64,000 bases of DNA, from positions 18,483-82,482 of the forward strand of contig JADLHZ010000031.1 of assembly GCA_020848545.1 (NCBI GenBank), in the 5' to 3' direction. A program made the translations under genes and the position numbers. Numbering within the stretch: the first letter of the stretch is position 1; the number at the start of each line of letters is the position of its first letter. Source of the stretch: Deltaproteobacteria bacterium. Its GTDB lineage: Bacteria; Myxococcota; JADLHZ01. The notes beneath the pieces were generated by a model. That model was given only the letters and a program-made list of their open reading frames with translations. It did not search any database and was not told the origin of the DNA. Positions 17,889 to 27,418 of this stretch are shown here, piece after piece.

Positions 17889-18823
17889 GCCGCCTGAAGA
17901 GCGCACTCGTCACCGGCGCGACGACGCCGCTCGGCCGCAGCTTGTGTGCGCGGCTGTTGGCGAGTGGCTGCGAAGTGCTGGCGGTGGGGCTCGAGGCCGA
18001 GAGCGCTGCGCGCTTTCTGATCCCCGAGGCCGCGGCGTATGCAGCCGCCGATCTCGCCAAGCCGCGCGAGCTGCACGATCTCGTGTTTGGGCCGGCGAAG
18101 GCGCGATCGATCGACACCGTGTTTCACTTGGCGACGCATCGCAGCCTCGGCGTCGAAGGCGAGCGTGTGCACGCGCTGAACGTCGAGGCGTTGCGCCAGC
18201 TCATCGCGCACTGCGAAGCGCATCCGACGATCGCGCGCCTCGTCTACCGCTCGTACGCCGAGGTGTACCGCGTGGATCAGCGGCTGCCGAACGTCATCGA
18301 CGAGGAGCACCCGCTCGATCATGGCGCCGGACGCCCGCAGTGGCTGCGCGACCGCGTGGAGGCCGACGGCGTGGCGTGCGCGCGCATGGGCATGACGAAG
18401 CTCGAGATCGCGGTCCTGCGCTGCGCCGACGTCTTCGCCTCGGGCACCGGATCGCAGATCTACGACTACGTGCGTTCGCGGGTGTGCTTCAAGCCGCTCG
18501 GCTTCGATCCCATGATCAACCTGTTGTCGCTCGAAGACGCGGCAGAGGCCCTGTTTCTCGCCGGCGCCGCCGAGCGGGGCCAGGGCGTCTTCAACGTGCC
18601 GGGCGCCGACACGATGCCGCTCGGTTTGTGCATTCGCTCTGCGAAGCGCATCGCCGTGCCGCTGCCGGGACCGCTGCTCTTGCCGCTCTATGCGCTGAGG
18701 CGGCGGATCATTCGCACCGAGTTCTCGTACGGGCTCTATAAAGGACGCATGCACTTTCCCGGCATCCTCGACGGCCGTCGTGCGCGTGAGGTGCTCGGCT
18801 TCCAGCCGGCCGGGGTCAGCTGA
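17885..18823 (+). CDS. NAD-dependent epimerase/dehydratase (SDR family)
   Basis: N-terminal Rossmann motif ALVTGATTPLGRSL. GTGA overlap with upstream stop. Confidence 0.75.
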   Translation: MSRLKSALVTGATTPLGRSLCARLLASGCEVLAVGLEAESAARFLIPEAAAYAAADLAKPRELHDLVFGPAKARSIDTVFHLATHRSLGVEGERVHALNVEALRQLIAHCEAHPTIARLVYRSYAEVYRVDQRLPNVIDEEHPLDHGAGRPQWLRDRVEADGVACARMGMTKLEIAVLRCADVFASGTGSQIYDYVRSRVCFKPLGFDPMINLLSLEDAAEALFLAGAAERGQGVFNVPGADTMPLGLCIRSAKRIAVPLPGPLLLPLYALRRRIIRTEFSYGLYKGRMHFPGILDGRRAREVLGFQPAGVS

Positions 18824-19721
18824 CCAGCCCGTCTCCGCGCACGATGAGCACGCTGCGATCGGCGTTGTTCGCGATCCGCCCGGCGGTCGTTCCGAGCACG
18901 CGGTCGATCGGATCGTAGCCGTGTGAGCCGATGACGATGAGGCCGGCGTCTTTACCGCGTGCGATGTCGAGGACGACGTCAGCGGGCGTGCCGATGCGCG
19001 CTTCCGTCTCGGCGGCGATGGCGTCCGGCAGGGCGCCGCGGACTTGCTCGAGCTGCGTCTTCTCACGTTGCACGAGCATCGCCATGAGCTCATCCGGCCG
19101 CGCACCCCACACCGCCGAGGTGATGTCGGCGGGCGGCTGCACCGCGCGGATCAGCGTGAGGCGCCCGCGGCTCGGCCGCGCGAGGGCTTCGGCGGCCGCG
19201 AGCACGCGCTGCGAACGCTCGGAGCCGTCATGCGCGACGGCGATGCGCTCGAAGCCGACCGCCGCCTTCGCGCCCTTTGCTTGCCGCGCGATCAGCACCG
19301 AGCAGTCGGCGCGGTTCGCGATCTTCGCCGCGGTGGTGCCGAGCAAACGCTCGACCGGCCGGTACGTGTGCGCGCCGATGACGATGATCGCGGCGTGGTG
19401 CGCGATCGCCGCGTCCTTGATCACGCGCCACGCCGGGCCGGCCTCGACCTTCTCGTCGATCACCGTCCCTTGGCGAAAGCTCGACGCTGCCGTAGCGACC
19501 GCTTTGCGCGCGGCCGCGTCCATCTCGTTCCAGATCGTCGAGTCGTTGAAGGCAGCGAGCTCGGGCGGAACGAGCGCCTGCAGCTCCATGCCTTCGACGG
19601 CGGAGATCAGCGCGACCTTTGCGTCGAGCCGATCGGCCATCAGGCGCGCCGCTTCAACGACGAGCGCCGCGCGCGGAGACGGGTCGACGGCGACGACGAT
19701 GACTCTGTTCTTCGTGCTCAT
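18816..19721 (-). CDS. Tandem universal stress protein (2x UspA domains)
   Basis: Start MSTKNRVIVVAVD. Two USP domains with VIGSHG/VIGAHT motifs. Confidence 0.8.
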   Translation of the reverse strand: MSTKNRVIVVAVDPSPRAALVVEAARLMADRLDAKVALISAVEGMELQALVPPELAAFNDSTIWNEMDAAARKAVATAASSFRQGTVIDEKVEAGPAWRVIKDAAIAHHAAIIVIGAHTYRPVERLLGTTAAKIANRADCSVLIARQAKGAKAAVGFERIAVAHDGSERSQRVLAAAEALARPSRGRLTLIRAVQPPADITSAVWGARPDELMAMLVQREKTQLEQVRGALPDAIAAETEARIGTPADVVLDIARGKDAGLIVIGSHGYDPIDRVLGTTAGRIANNADRSVLIVRGDGLVS

Positions 19722-19895
19722 GCTCTGCCGCGGTTTCACGCCTCGTGCCATGCGCCAGGAACGAGGACTGGGGGCTCTTTGTGTCACCGAACGGTAGCAC
19801 GAGTGGTGGTCGAGATTTCCGAACGGTAACTCTCACCCTGTAATCGCACGTCGTCGGCGCGCACGCACTTTGCATTCTTCCTCGCGGAGGTGCCG

Positions 19896-20678
19896 ATGAA
19901 AGGCACGATCAGGTCGTTTTACGAGCGCTACCCGCGGCGGTGGAGTTACCCGGTTGCGGGGCTCGTGCTCGCGCTCGGCGCGCCGATCGGCTTCTTCGTC
20001 GTGCGCGCGCTCTTCGCCGGTCACATTCCGTCGCCGATGTGGATCGAGGTCGAGCTGCGGGAGCGCTTCGATGCTTACGTCTACCTCACCTTCGCCACGG
20101 CGATCGTCTTCTCCTGGGCCGGCCGCGTCGTCGGTGTCGAGCAAGATCGCGTGCGCGCGGACTCGCTGACCGATCCGCTCACCAGCCTGCCGAACCGGCG
20201 CTTCGCGCAAGAACGCGCCGAGGCGCTGCTCTTGCGCGGGGATCCGCGCGTCTCGGTGTTGCTCATCGATCTCGACGGCTTGAAGCAGATCAACGAGAAG
20301 CACGGCCATGACGGCGGCGATCGTGCGCTCTGCGCCGTCGCGGCGACGCTGCGTAAAGTCTGCCGGCGTGAAGACGTGTTCGCGCGCTACGGCGGCGACG
20401 AGTTCATCGTGCTCTTGCCGAAGATGGTCGCCGCCGACGCGATGCGTGTCGCCGAACGCGTGTGCGCGACGATGACGAAGACGGCGCAGACGAACGGCCT
20501 TGGTCCACTCTCGGTGTCCATCGGGGTCGCCGATACCGAGACGGCCGCGACGAACACGCTGCTCGGGCTGGTGCAGGCGGCCGATGCGGCGCTGCAAGCC
20601 GCGAAGCACGAAGGCAAGAACCGTGCGAAGCTGGCCCGCTCGTTGCACAAAGCCGCCGGCAAGGGAGCCGTCTCATGA
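19896..20678 (+). CDS. GGDEF-domain diguanylate cyclase with N-terminal TM region
   Basis: RYGGDEF active site. GGAGG RBS 6 bp upstream of ATG 19896. Confidence 0.85.
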   Translation: MKGTIRSFYERYPRRWSYPVAGLVLALGAPIGFFVVRALFAGHIPSPMWIEVELRERFDAYVYLTFATAIVFSWAGRVVGVEQDRVRADSLTDPLTSLPNRRFAQERAEALLLRGDPRVSVLLIDLDGLKQINEKHGHDGGDRALCAVAATLRKVCRREDVFARYGGDEFIVLLPKMVAADAMRVAERVCATMTKTAQTNGLGPLSVSIGVADTETAATNTLLGLVQAADAALQAAKHEGKNRAKLARSLHKAAGKGAVS

Positions 20679-21127
20679 CCACGAAGAAGATCCTTGCCGC
20701 CCTCGACTTCTCCAAGTTCTCGCAGGAGGTCGTCAACTTCGCCGCTGACTTCGCGCGCCGTTACGATGCGTCGCTCACGCTCCTGCACGTCGCGGATGAG
20801 CCGAACCGCGTCTTCCCCGAGGGCTTCGTCGCGATCATGCCGGCGCGGACCACCGAGTTGCTGAATCTGCTCGAGATGGCGCTGGCCGACGCAAAGAAGG
20901 AGGCGATCGCGGCTGGCGCAACGAACGTGAGCACGATGCTCGTGAAGGGCGTGCCCTTCGCCGAGATCGCGCAGATCGCGCAGGACAAAGCGTACGACAC
21001 GATCATCGTCGGCACCCACGGCCGCACTGGGCTCATGCACGCGCTGCTCGGCTCCGTCGCCGAGAAGGTGGTGCGCAGCGCGCCATGCACCGTGATCACC
21101 GTGCGCGATCGCGCCGCGGCGAAGTGA
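20675..21127 (+). CDS. Universal stress protein UspA
   Basis: Start MTTKKILAALD. ATGA overlap with GGDEF stop. AAGGGAG RBS. Confidence 0.8.
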   Translation: MTTKKILAALDFSKFSQEVVNFAADFARRYDASLTLLHVADEPNRVFPEGFVAIMPARTTELLNLLEMALADAKKEAIAAGATNVSTMLVKGVPFAEIAQIAQDKAYDTIIVGTHGRTGLMHALLGSVAEKVVRSAPCTVITVRDRAAAK

Positions 21128-21129
21128 CG

Positions 21130-22455
21130 ATGCGCGCCACCGGGCGAGCGCTGAACGGGCTGCCTTCCAATCACATCTACGACGCCGTCATCGTCGGCGG
21201 GAGCGTCGCCGGGTCGGCCGTGGCGATGGCGCTCGCCAAGCGCGGGATGGACGTCTTGCTCTGCGAGCCTGGCCTTGCGAGCCACAAGCTTCTCGCCGGC
21301 GAGCTCTTGCAGGCACCGGCGGCAAAAGCGTTGATCGACCTCGGCTTCATGGATGCCGCCTGGTCCGCCGGCGCGGTCGCCTCGTGCGGGATCGTGGTCG
21401 TCGCGCCGGATCTCAAAGCGCCGGTCGTGCTGCCGTATGCGACGGTGCCGGGTCTGCATCCGAGCGGCGTCGCGATCGAGCACGCCACGCTCGCGGCGGT
21501 GATGCTCGCCCGCACGTCTCGCCGGCGTGGCGTCACCTTCGTTGCCGCGCGCGCGCAGGCGTTGCAAGACTTGCACGGCGAGCAAGCCGCGTCGGTCGAG
21601 CTCTGTGACGACGCGGGCTCGCGCCGCGTGCAGGGTCGCGTCATCATCGCGGCTGACGGCAAGCAATCGCGCATGCGTCAGGCCGCCGGGATCTCGATCG
21701 ACAAGGGCCCGAACGTGCGGATGTGTGGGCTGAAGATCGCCGGCACCTTGCCCTGCGAGGGCTTCGGGCACGTCTTTCTCGGCGGGCGCCGGCCGGTGCT
21801 CGCGTACCGCATCTCTGGCGACGAGATCCACGTCGTCTTCGAGCTCGCAGGCGACACCGGCGGCGTCGACCCGCGCGATCTCGACATGCTGCCACTCGAA
21901 GTCCGCCGCCGCGTCTGCGACGTCATCGCGCGCGGTGAGCTCAGCACCGCTGTCATCAACGCCATGACGCCGCACGCGCGCGCGAAGGGACGGCTTGCGC
22001 TCATCGGCGACGCCGGCGGCACCGTGCATCCGATCAGCGCGTCCGGTGTGTCGTTCGCACTGACCGACGCGCTGTGCCTCGCCGGCGCCATGACTGCGCA
22101 CTACGGTGACCATCAGTGCGCCCTCGACGTGTACGCGCGCGAGCGGGAGCAGCCGATGCGCACCCGCAGCGTGCTCGGCGAAGCGCTGGCCGAAACGCTC
22201 GCCGGTGAATCCGAAGCGATGCACGCGCTGCGCGAAGGGCTCTTACACTATTGGATCGACGATCCCGCCAACCGCGCTGCGTCGATCGGGCTCTTGTCGA
22301 CGCACGACGGCCGGCCAGCGGCCCTGGCGAAGGAGTACGGCAAGGTGGCGCTGAAGACGATCGGGCAGTTGCGCGGGCGCGGCGCTTCTTGGAGCGACAC
22401 CGCGCGCGTCGGTCTCGCGCTCGGCAAGAAGGCGCTCGCTATCGCGCGGCGTTGA
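21130..22455 (+). CDS. FAD-dependent monooxygenase/oxidoreductase (UbiH/geranylgeranyl reductase-like)
   Basis: GxGxxG motif DAVIVGGSVAGSAVAMALA. GDAGG second FAD motif. Confidence 0.75.
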   Translation: MRATGRALNGLPSNHIYDAVIVGGSVAGSAVAMALAKRGMDVLLCEPGLASHKLLAGELLQAPAAKALIDLGFMDAAWSAGAVASCGIVVVAPDLKAPVVLPYATVPGLHPSGVAIEHATLAAVMLARTSRRRGVTFVAARAQALQDLHGEQAASVELCDDAGSRRVQGRVIIAADGKQSRMRQAAGISIDKGPNVRMCGLKIAGTLPCEGFGHVFLGGRRPVLAYRISGDEIHVVFELAGDTGGVDPRDLDMLPLEVRRRVCDVIARGELSTAVINAMTPHARAKGRLALIGDAGGTVHPISASGVSFALTDALCLAGAMTAHYGDHQCALDVYAREREQPMRTRSVLGEALAETLAGESEAMHALREGLLHYWIDDPANRAASIGLLSTHDGRPAALAKEYGKVALKTIGQLRGRGASWSDTARVGLALGKKALAIARR

Positions 22456-22975
22456 GCGTCGCTGCGACGACGACGCAGAGCTCGGGCTTCACTTGCAGCG
22501 CGCCGAACATCGCGGAGTACGGACGGATGCCGAACGCCGGTTGATCGATGCGCACCTCGGCGCGCCAAGCACCGTCAAGCTCCGCAACGACGAAGGCCAC
22601 GCGGCCATCGCGCCCGTGCAGGGACAACGTGCCCTCGACGTCGTAGCCGGCGCCCCTCTGCTCGATGCGCGACGACACGAAGCGAATCTCTGGATACCGC
22701 GTGACGTCGAGGATGTCGTCCGCGATCGTGCGCTCGATCTTGCGCTTGTCCCGATCCGAGAGCGCGCTCGTCGCCCGACCGTCCGCGACGGCGTGTAGGA
22801 CGCGCAGGCTCGACGGATCGAATTTCGCCTCGATGCGCGAGCGGTCGTCGGCGATGCTCAGGGTGAAGCGCTCGACGGCGATCTCGAGATCGTGCGCCAT
22901 CGCGCTCAGCGCCCCGTGCTTGAACGTCAGCACACGACAGCTCACCTGCGAGGCCGGCAGCACGAGCATCTTCAT
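22439..22975 (-). CDS. YceI-family periplasmic polyisoprenoid-binding-like protein
   Basis: YceI-like beta-barrel sequence. Start MKMLVLPASQ. Confidence 0.7.
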   Translation of the reverse strand: MKMLVLPASQVSCRVLTFKHGALSAMAHDLEIAVERFTLSIADDRSRIEAKFDPSSLRVLHAVADGRATSALSDRDKRKIERTIADDILDVTRYPEIRFVSSRIEQRGAGYDVEGTLSLHGRDGRVAFVVAELDGAWRAEVRIDQPAFGIRPYSAMFGALQVKPELCVVVAATLNAAR

Positions 22976-23009
22976 ACCGTGACCGCCCCGCCGTCGGCGA
23001 ACAAGGCCC

Positions 23010-24329
23010 TCATACGAGCCGCATTTTCTTCGCCGCGTCGAGCAGCTCGTCGCGAAATCGCGGCGAAGCGATGGCGATGAGCCCGAGCGCTCGTTCGCGC
23101 ACGGATTTGCCTTTGAGATCGAAGACGCCGTGCTCGGTGACCGCAAAATGCGTGTCGGTCCGGGGTGTCGTGACCGGCCCGCTCAGCTTTGGCACGATGC
23201 GCGACACGCTGCCGTTCTGGGCGGTCGATTGGAACGCAATGATCGACTTGCCGCCGCGCGAGGCGTAGGCGCCGCGCACGAAGTCGACCTGGCCGCCGGC
23301 GCCGCTGTACTGCTGGCCAGCGACGAACTCCGAGTTACAGGCGCCGAAGAGATCCATCTCGAGCGTCGCGTTTACCGACACCACGTTGTCGAGCTGCGCG
23401 ACGATGGCCGGATCGTTCACGTAGCTCACCGGGTAGCTCTCGACGCCCGGGTTGTCGTTGATGAAGTCGTAGAGCCGCGCGTCGCCCATCGCGAAGGTGA
23501 AGACGGTCTTGCGCCGGTTGAGCGCCTTCAGCCGGTTGGTCACGACGCCCCGCTCGATGAGATCGACGAGCCCGGGCGTCAACAGCTCGGTGTGGATGCC
23601 GAGATCTTGGTGGTTGACCAGCGCTCGGCACACCGCGTTCGGCACCGCGCCGATCCCCATCTGGAGCACGGCGCCGTTCGGCACGAGCTCGGCGATGCGC
23701 CGGCCGATGAGGTCGTCCACCGGGCGCACCGGCGCCGGCGCACACTCGAGCAGCGGCGCGTCGTGCTCGACGATCGCATCGACCTCGGCAACGTGCAGCA
23801 ACGAGTCGCCGAACACCCGCGGCATCCGCGGGTTCACTTCGACGATTAAGCGCTTCGCGGAGCGCGCGACTTGCGAGCCGTAGTCGTTGTTGGTGCCGAA
23901 GGTGAAGTAGCCGTGCTCGTCCATGGGCGACACCGTCACCACGAAGGTATCGATGGCGACGTGCTCGGAGAGGAAGCGCGCCGATTGGCTGAAGTGGTTT
24001 GGCACGAAATGGATGACCGTGCGTTCCTCTGCGCGGCGCATGAGCTCCCGCTCGATCGCCGACAAGAACATGCAGTGTGGGGCGATGCGATCGAGCAGAT
24101 CGAAGGCGAGGATCGTGCTCTTCGCGTGCTCCTTCGACTCGAAGTAATAGACGCGCAGGTCGCGGAGCGCATCGTGACGGACGCGGTCGGCGATCGCCGC
24201 GAGCAGCGCCGGCGGCTCCGACACGCCCATGCCCATCGAGAGCTTGGAACCGCTGGCGATCGAAGACACCGCCGCCGCGGGCGTCGCCAGCTTCGCTGCG
24301 TATTCGCCGCGAGCGTTCACTTCGGCCAT
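23010..24329 (-). CDS. Acetyl-CoA hydrolase/transferase family protein (4-hydroxybutyrate CoA-transferase-like)
   Basis: 439 aa with N- and C-terminal AcetylCoA_hydro domains. Conserved GIG and EMDLFGACNSE regions. Confidence 0.8.
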   Translation of the reverse strand: MAEVNARGEYAAKLATPAAAVSSIASGSKLSMGMGVSEPPALLAAIADRVRHDALRDLRVYYFESKEHAKSTILAFDLLDRIAPHCMFLSAIERELMRRAEERTVIHFVPNHFSQSARFLSEHVAIDTFVVTVSPMDEHGYFTFGTNNDYGSQVARSAKRLIVEVNPRMPRVFGDSLLHVAEVDAIVEHDAPLLECAPAPVRPVDDLIGRRIAELVPNGAVLQMGIGAVPNAVCRALVNHQDLGIHTELLTPGLVDLIERGVVTNRLKALNRRKTVFTFAMGDARLYDFINDNPGVESYPVSYVNDPAIVAQLDNVVSVNATLEMDLFGACNSEFVAGQQYSGAGGQVDFVRGAYASRGGKSIIAFQSTAQNGSVSRIVPKLSGPVTTPRTDTHFAVTEHGVFDLKGKSVRERALGLIAIASPRFRDELLDAAKKMRLV

Positions 24330-24475
24330 ACGAACCTCTGACGCGTCACCCGATCACTTTTCGTGCCACTTTCGCATACTTGTGGCGAAGCGGAAGATGT
24401 TTCGGCTTGGTAACGCCGCCGATGGGATCGTCACCGACAGGTGCGTTTCCCTCGGTGTCTTCGCGGTGAACTCCT

Positions 24476-24491
24476 TGGTGTGCGCTTTGCA
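24476..24491 (+). promoter_or_regulatory. Sigma-54 promoter (TGGtgtg-cgct-TTGCA) for Host_attach-EBP-kinase operon
   Basis: Correct GG-N10-GC spacing. TTGCA -12 element. About 15-nt leader with GAGGTG SD before ATG 24517. Confidence 0.6.
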
Positions 24492-24516
24492 TAAAAGCCG
24501 CCTTCGAGGTGAAACG

Positions 24517-24879
24517 ATGGAGACGATCTGGGTCCTGGTCTGCAACCAAAAGAGCGCTGTGATCCTGAGCGCCAAAGCGCGGACCGCAGCTCCTCAGATC
24601 GTGGAGACCATCGGCAATCCCGACGAGAGCGACCCTCTGGTCTTTGCGCGGCGCTTGGCGGCGATGCTCGAGAGCGCGGCCGATATGGGCGGCTTCGATC
24701 GCCTCGTCGTCATGGCGCCGGCGCCGTTTCTCGCCAGCCTCGAGGACGTGTTCCATGCCCCGGTGCGAGGGCGCATTGCCCTCACCATCCAGGAAGACAT
24801 CGCCGAATGGCCGATGCCGGAGATCGTTGCGTCGGTACGCAAAATCATCGATGAGCAGGTGCGTGTAGCCGGCGCCTAG
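24517..24879 (+). CDS. Host_attach (baeRF1-like) family small protein
   Basis: IWVLVCNQKSAVIL ... GFDRLVVMAPAPFLASL ... DIAEWPMPEI matches the Host_attachment signature. GAGGTG RBS. Sits downstream of a sigma-54 promoter. Confidence 0.55.
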   Translation: METIWVLVCNQKSAVILSAKARTAAPQIVETIGNPDESDPLVFARRLAAMLESAADMGGFDRLVVMAPAPFLASLEDVFHAPVRGRIALTIQEDIAEWPMPEIVASVRKIIDEQVRVAGA

Positions 24880-24903
24880 GCGCAAACGGCGAGGGGAAGG
24901 TAG

Positions 24904-26268
24904 ATGCTTTCGATCTTGCTCGTAGACGATGAGCCTTCGATCCGGTTGGCGGTCGGCGATGCCCTCGCCGGCAACGGGCACAAGGTGACGCGCGCCAGTG
25001 ACGGCGGCGAGGCACTCGCGCTGCTCGATGCACAGGTCTTCGACCTCGTGGTCACGGACATCAGCATGCCCAAGGTCGACGGGCTGACGCTCTTTCGTAA
25101 GTTGCGCGAAGCGAGCCCGTCGACCGACGTCATCTTGATGACCGCGTACGGCAAGGTGACCGACGCCGTCGAGGCGCTCAAGCAGGGTGCTGAAGACTAC
25201 CTGACGAAGCCTTTTTCTACGGAAGAGATGCTCGTGCGCGTGCAGCGGATCGACGATCGCCGCGCGTTGAAGCGCGAGCTGCAAGCGGCCAAGTCCGAGC
25301 TGACGGGGGGTGGCATCATCGGCCAATCGCCGGTGATGGTGCGCCTGCTCGATCGCATCGATACGATCGCAGCGAGCGATGCCAGCGTCTTGATCCTCGG
25401 CGAGAGCGGCACGGGCAAGGAGCTCGTCGCCAGGCGCTTGCACGATCAGAGCGCGCGCAAGGCGAAGCCCTTCGTCGCCGTCAACTGCGCCGCGTTTCCC
25501 GAGACGCTGATCGAGGCTGAGCTCTTCGGCCATGAGCGCGGTGCGTTCACTGGCGCGGCGCAGCGGCGCGAAGGCAGGTTCAAGGCGGCCGACGGCGGCA
25601 CGCTCTTTCTCGACGAGGTGGCCGAGATCCCGTTGCCGGTTCAGGCGAAGCTCCTGCGCGTGCTGCAAGAAGGGGTGTTCGAGCCGATCGGAACGAACAC
25701 GCCGATCAAGGTGAACGTCCGCGTCATCTCGGCCACACACAGAGATCTGCGCGCGCGAATCAAAGAGCACGCGTTCCGCGAGGATTTGTTCTATCGCTTG
25801 AACGTGCTCGACGTGCACCTGCCGCCCCTGCGCGAGCGTCGTGGCGACTTGCCGCTGCTCGTGGAGGCGTTCTTGAAGCGCGCAGTCGGTCGCGGCGGTG
25901 CGCAGCCGGCGGGGATCTCGCCGCGCGCGTGGGCAGCGCTCTCGGACTACTTGTTTCCGGGCAACGTGCGCGAGCTTCAGCACGCGATAGAGCACGCCGT
26001 CGTGCTCGCCCGCGGCGGCGAGATCGATCTGCACCACCTGCCGCGCGATATCGTCGGCATCGCCGAGGCCAAGAAGGATCAAGCGACGACTGCCGTACGG
26101 ACGCTGGCGGTGGCGGCCAAGGAGTTCGAGCGCGAATACCTCTTGCGCGCGCTGCACCAGGCCGACGGCAAGAAAGGACGCGCGGCGGACCTGCTCGGCA
26201 TCTCGCGCAAGAACCTCTGGGAGAAGCTCAAGGGTCATGACATCGCAGACAGCGACGACGACGCATGA
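24904..26268 (+). CDS. Sigma-54-dependent Fis-family response regulator (NtrC-like EBP)
   Basis: REC domain (D54 region VVTDISMP). AAA+ sigma-54 activation domain with GESGTGKE and GAFTGA. C-terminal Fis HTH. Confidence 0.9.
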   Translation: MLSILLVDDEPSIRLAVGDALAGNGHKVTRASDGGEALALLDAQVFDLVVTDISMPKVDGLTLFRKLREASPSTDVILMTAYGKVTDAVEALKQGAEDYLTKPFSTEEMLVRVQRIDDRRALKRELQAAKSELTGGGIIGQSPVMVRLLDRIDTIAASDASVLILGESGTGKELVARRLHDQSARKAKPFVAVNCAAFPETLIEAELFGHERGAFTGAAQRREGRFKAADGGTLFLDEVAEIPLPVQAKLLRVLQEGVFEPIGTNTPIKVNVRVISATHRDLRARIKEHAFREDLFYRLNVLDVHLPPLRERRGDLPLLVEAFLKRAVGRGGAQPAGISPRAWAALSDYLFPGNVRELQHAIEHAVVLARGGEIDLHHLPRDIVGIAEAKKDQATTAVRTLAVAAKEFEREYLLRALHQADGKKGRAADLLGISRKNLWEKLKGHDIADSDDDA

Positions 26269-26338
26269 GCGACGCGATGCAGACGCTCGGCAAGCGCGGG
26301 TTTGACGTCGTGCCGCTCCTGCGCGAACCCACGCCGCG

Positions 26339-27418
26339 ATGATCCGGGTCTTTCTCGTGGACGACGACGAGGACGACTACGTCCTCACGCGTGGCCTCCT
26401 CGGCGACATTCCCGGGAGCTTCGAGCTCGCGTGGATGCCGTCGATCGACAAGGCGCGCGCCGCGTTGCGCGACACAGTGCCCGACCTCATCCTGCTCGAC
26501 TATCTCCTTGGTGCCGAGAGCGGCCTCGATTTCCTGAAGGAGCTGCGCAGAGCCGGGCTCGGGCTGCCAGTGATTATCCTCACTGGGCAAGGCGATCGCG
26601 AGATCGACATGGCGGCCATGGCGGCCGGGGCCACGGACTACTTGGTGAAGAGCGAGCTCTCGGCCGCGATCTTGGACCGGGCGATCCGCTACGCGATGTC
26701 GGTGAGCGAGCTGCACCGAAAGCTGCTCGAGGATCACGAGCGCTTGCAGCAGATGGAGAAGCTTTCTGTCGTCGGGCTGATCGCCGCGGGGATCGTGCAC
26801 GAGGTGAGCAACCCGCTGACCGGCGTCATGAGTCTCGTGCAAGCGCTGCACGACGGCAAGGCGGGCGACTCGCGCGACGAGTACTTCAAGGCGGTCAAAG
26901 ACGGGCTCGAGCGGATGCGCGTCACCCTGCGATCGTTGCTCGATCTCGCGCGCGAGCAGCCGTTGACGCTCGCTGAGGTGGACGTCGCAGAGCTCGTGGC
27001 GGCCTGCTTTCGCCTGATGGCGGCCACGCTGCGCTCGCGCGGCATCACGCCGGTGCAGGACGTTCCCGCTGGCTTGCGCGCGCGCGCCGATCGATCGCGG
27101 GTGATTCAGGCGATCCTGAACCTGATGATGAACGCCGCCGACGCGACCCCCTCCGGCGGCAGCATCACGGTCAGCGTCACGAAGAAGCCCGGCAGCATCG
27201 GCATCGTCGTCACCGACACCGGCGCCGGCATTGCGCCCGCGATCGCCGAGCGGATCCTCGAGCCCTTCTTCACGACGAAGTCGGTGGGGAAGGGCACGGG
27301 CCTCGGCCTACCCTTCGTCGTCCAGACGGCGAAGCTCCACGGCGGCGACCTGACCATCGCCAGTCAGGTGGGCAAGGGGACGACGATGACGATGTGGCTA
27401 CGCGATGACGCGCGGTGA
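26339..27418 (+). CDS. Hybrid histidine kinase with N-terminal receiver (REC-HisKA-HATPase), cytoplasmic
   Basis: N-terminal REC (LLDYLLGAESG). H-box IVHEVSNPLTG. N, G1 and G2 boxes. No TM segment. Confidence 0.85.
   Translation: MIRVFLVDDDEDDYVLTRGLLGDIPGSFELAWMPSIDKARAALRDTVPDLILLDYLLGAESGLDFLKELRRAGLGLPVIILTGQGDREIDMAAMAAGATDYLVKSELSAAILDRAIRYAMSVSELHRKLLEDHERLQQMEKLSVVGLIAAGIVHEVSNPLTGVMSLVQALHDGKAGDSRDEYFKAVKDGLERMRVTLRSLLDLAREQPLTLAEVDVAELVAACFRLMAATLRSRGITPVQDVPAGLRARADRSRVIQAILNLMMNAADATPSGGSITVSVTKKPGSIGIVVTDTGAGIAPAIAERILEPFFTTKSVGKGTGLGLPFVVQTAKLHGGDLTIASQVGKGTTMTMWLRDDAR

Noticed and set aside
17753-19105. 450-aa minus-strand ORF
   Set aside because: Antisense to the epimerase and USP genes, with Arg/Ser/Ala low-complexity.
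24346-26238. 630-aa minus-strand ORF
   Set aside because: Antisense to the NtrC-like EBP, which has unambiguous Walker and GAFTGA motifs.
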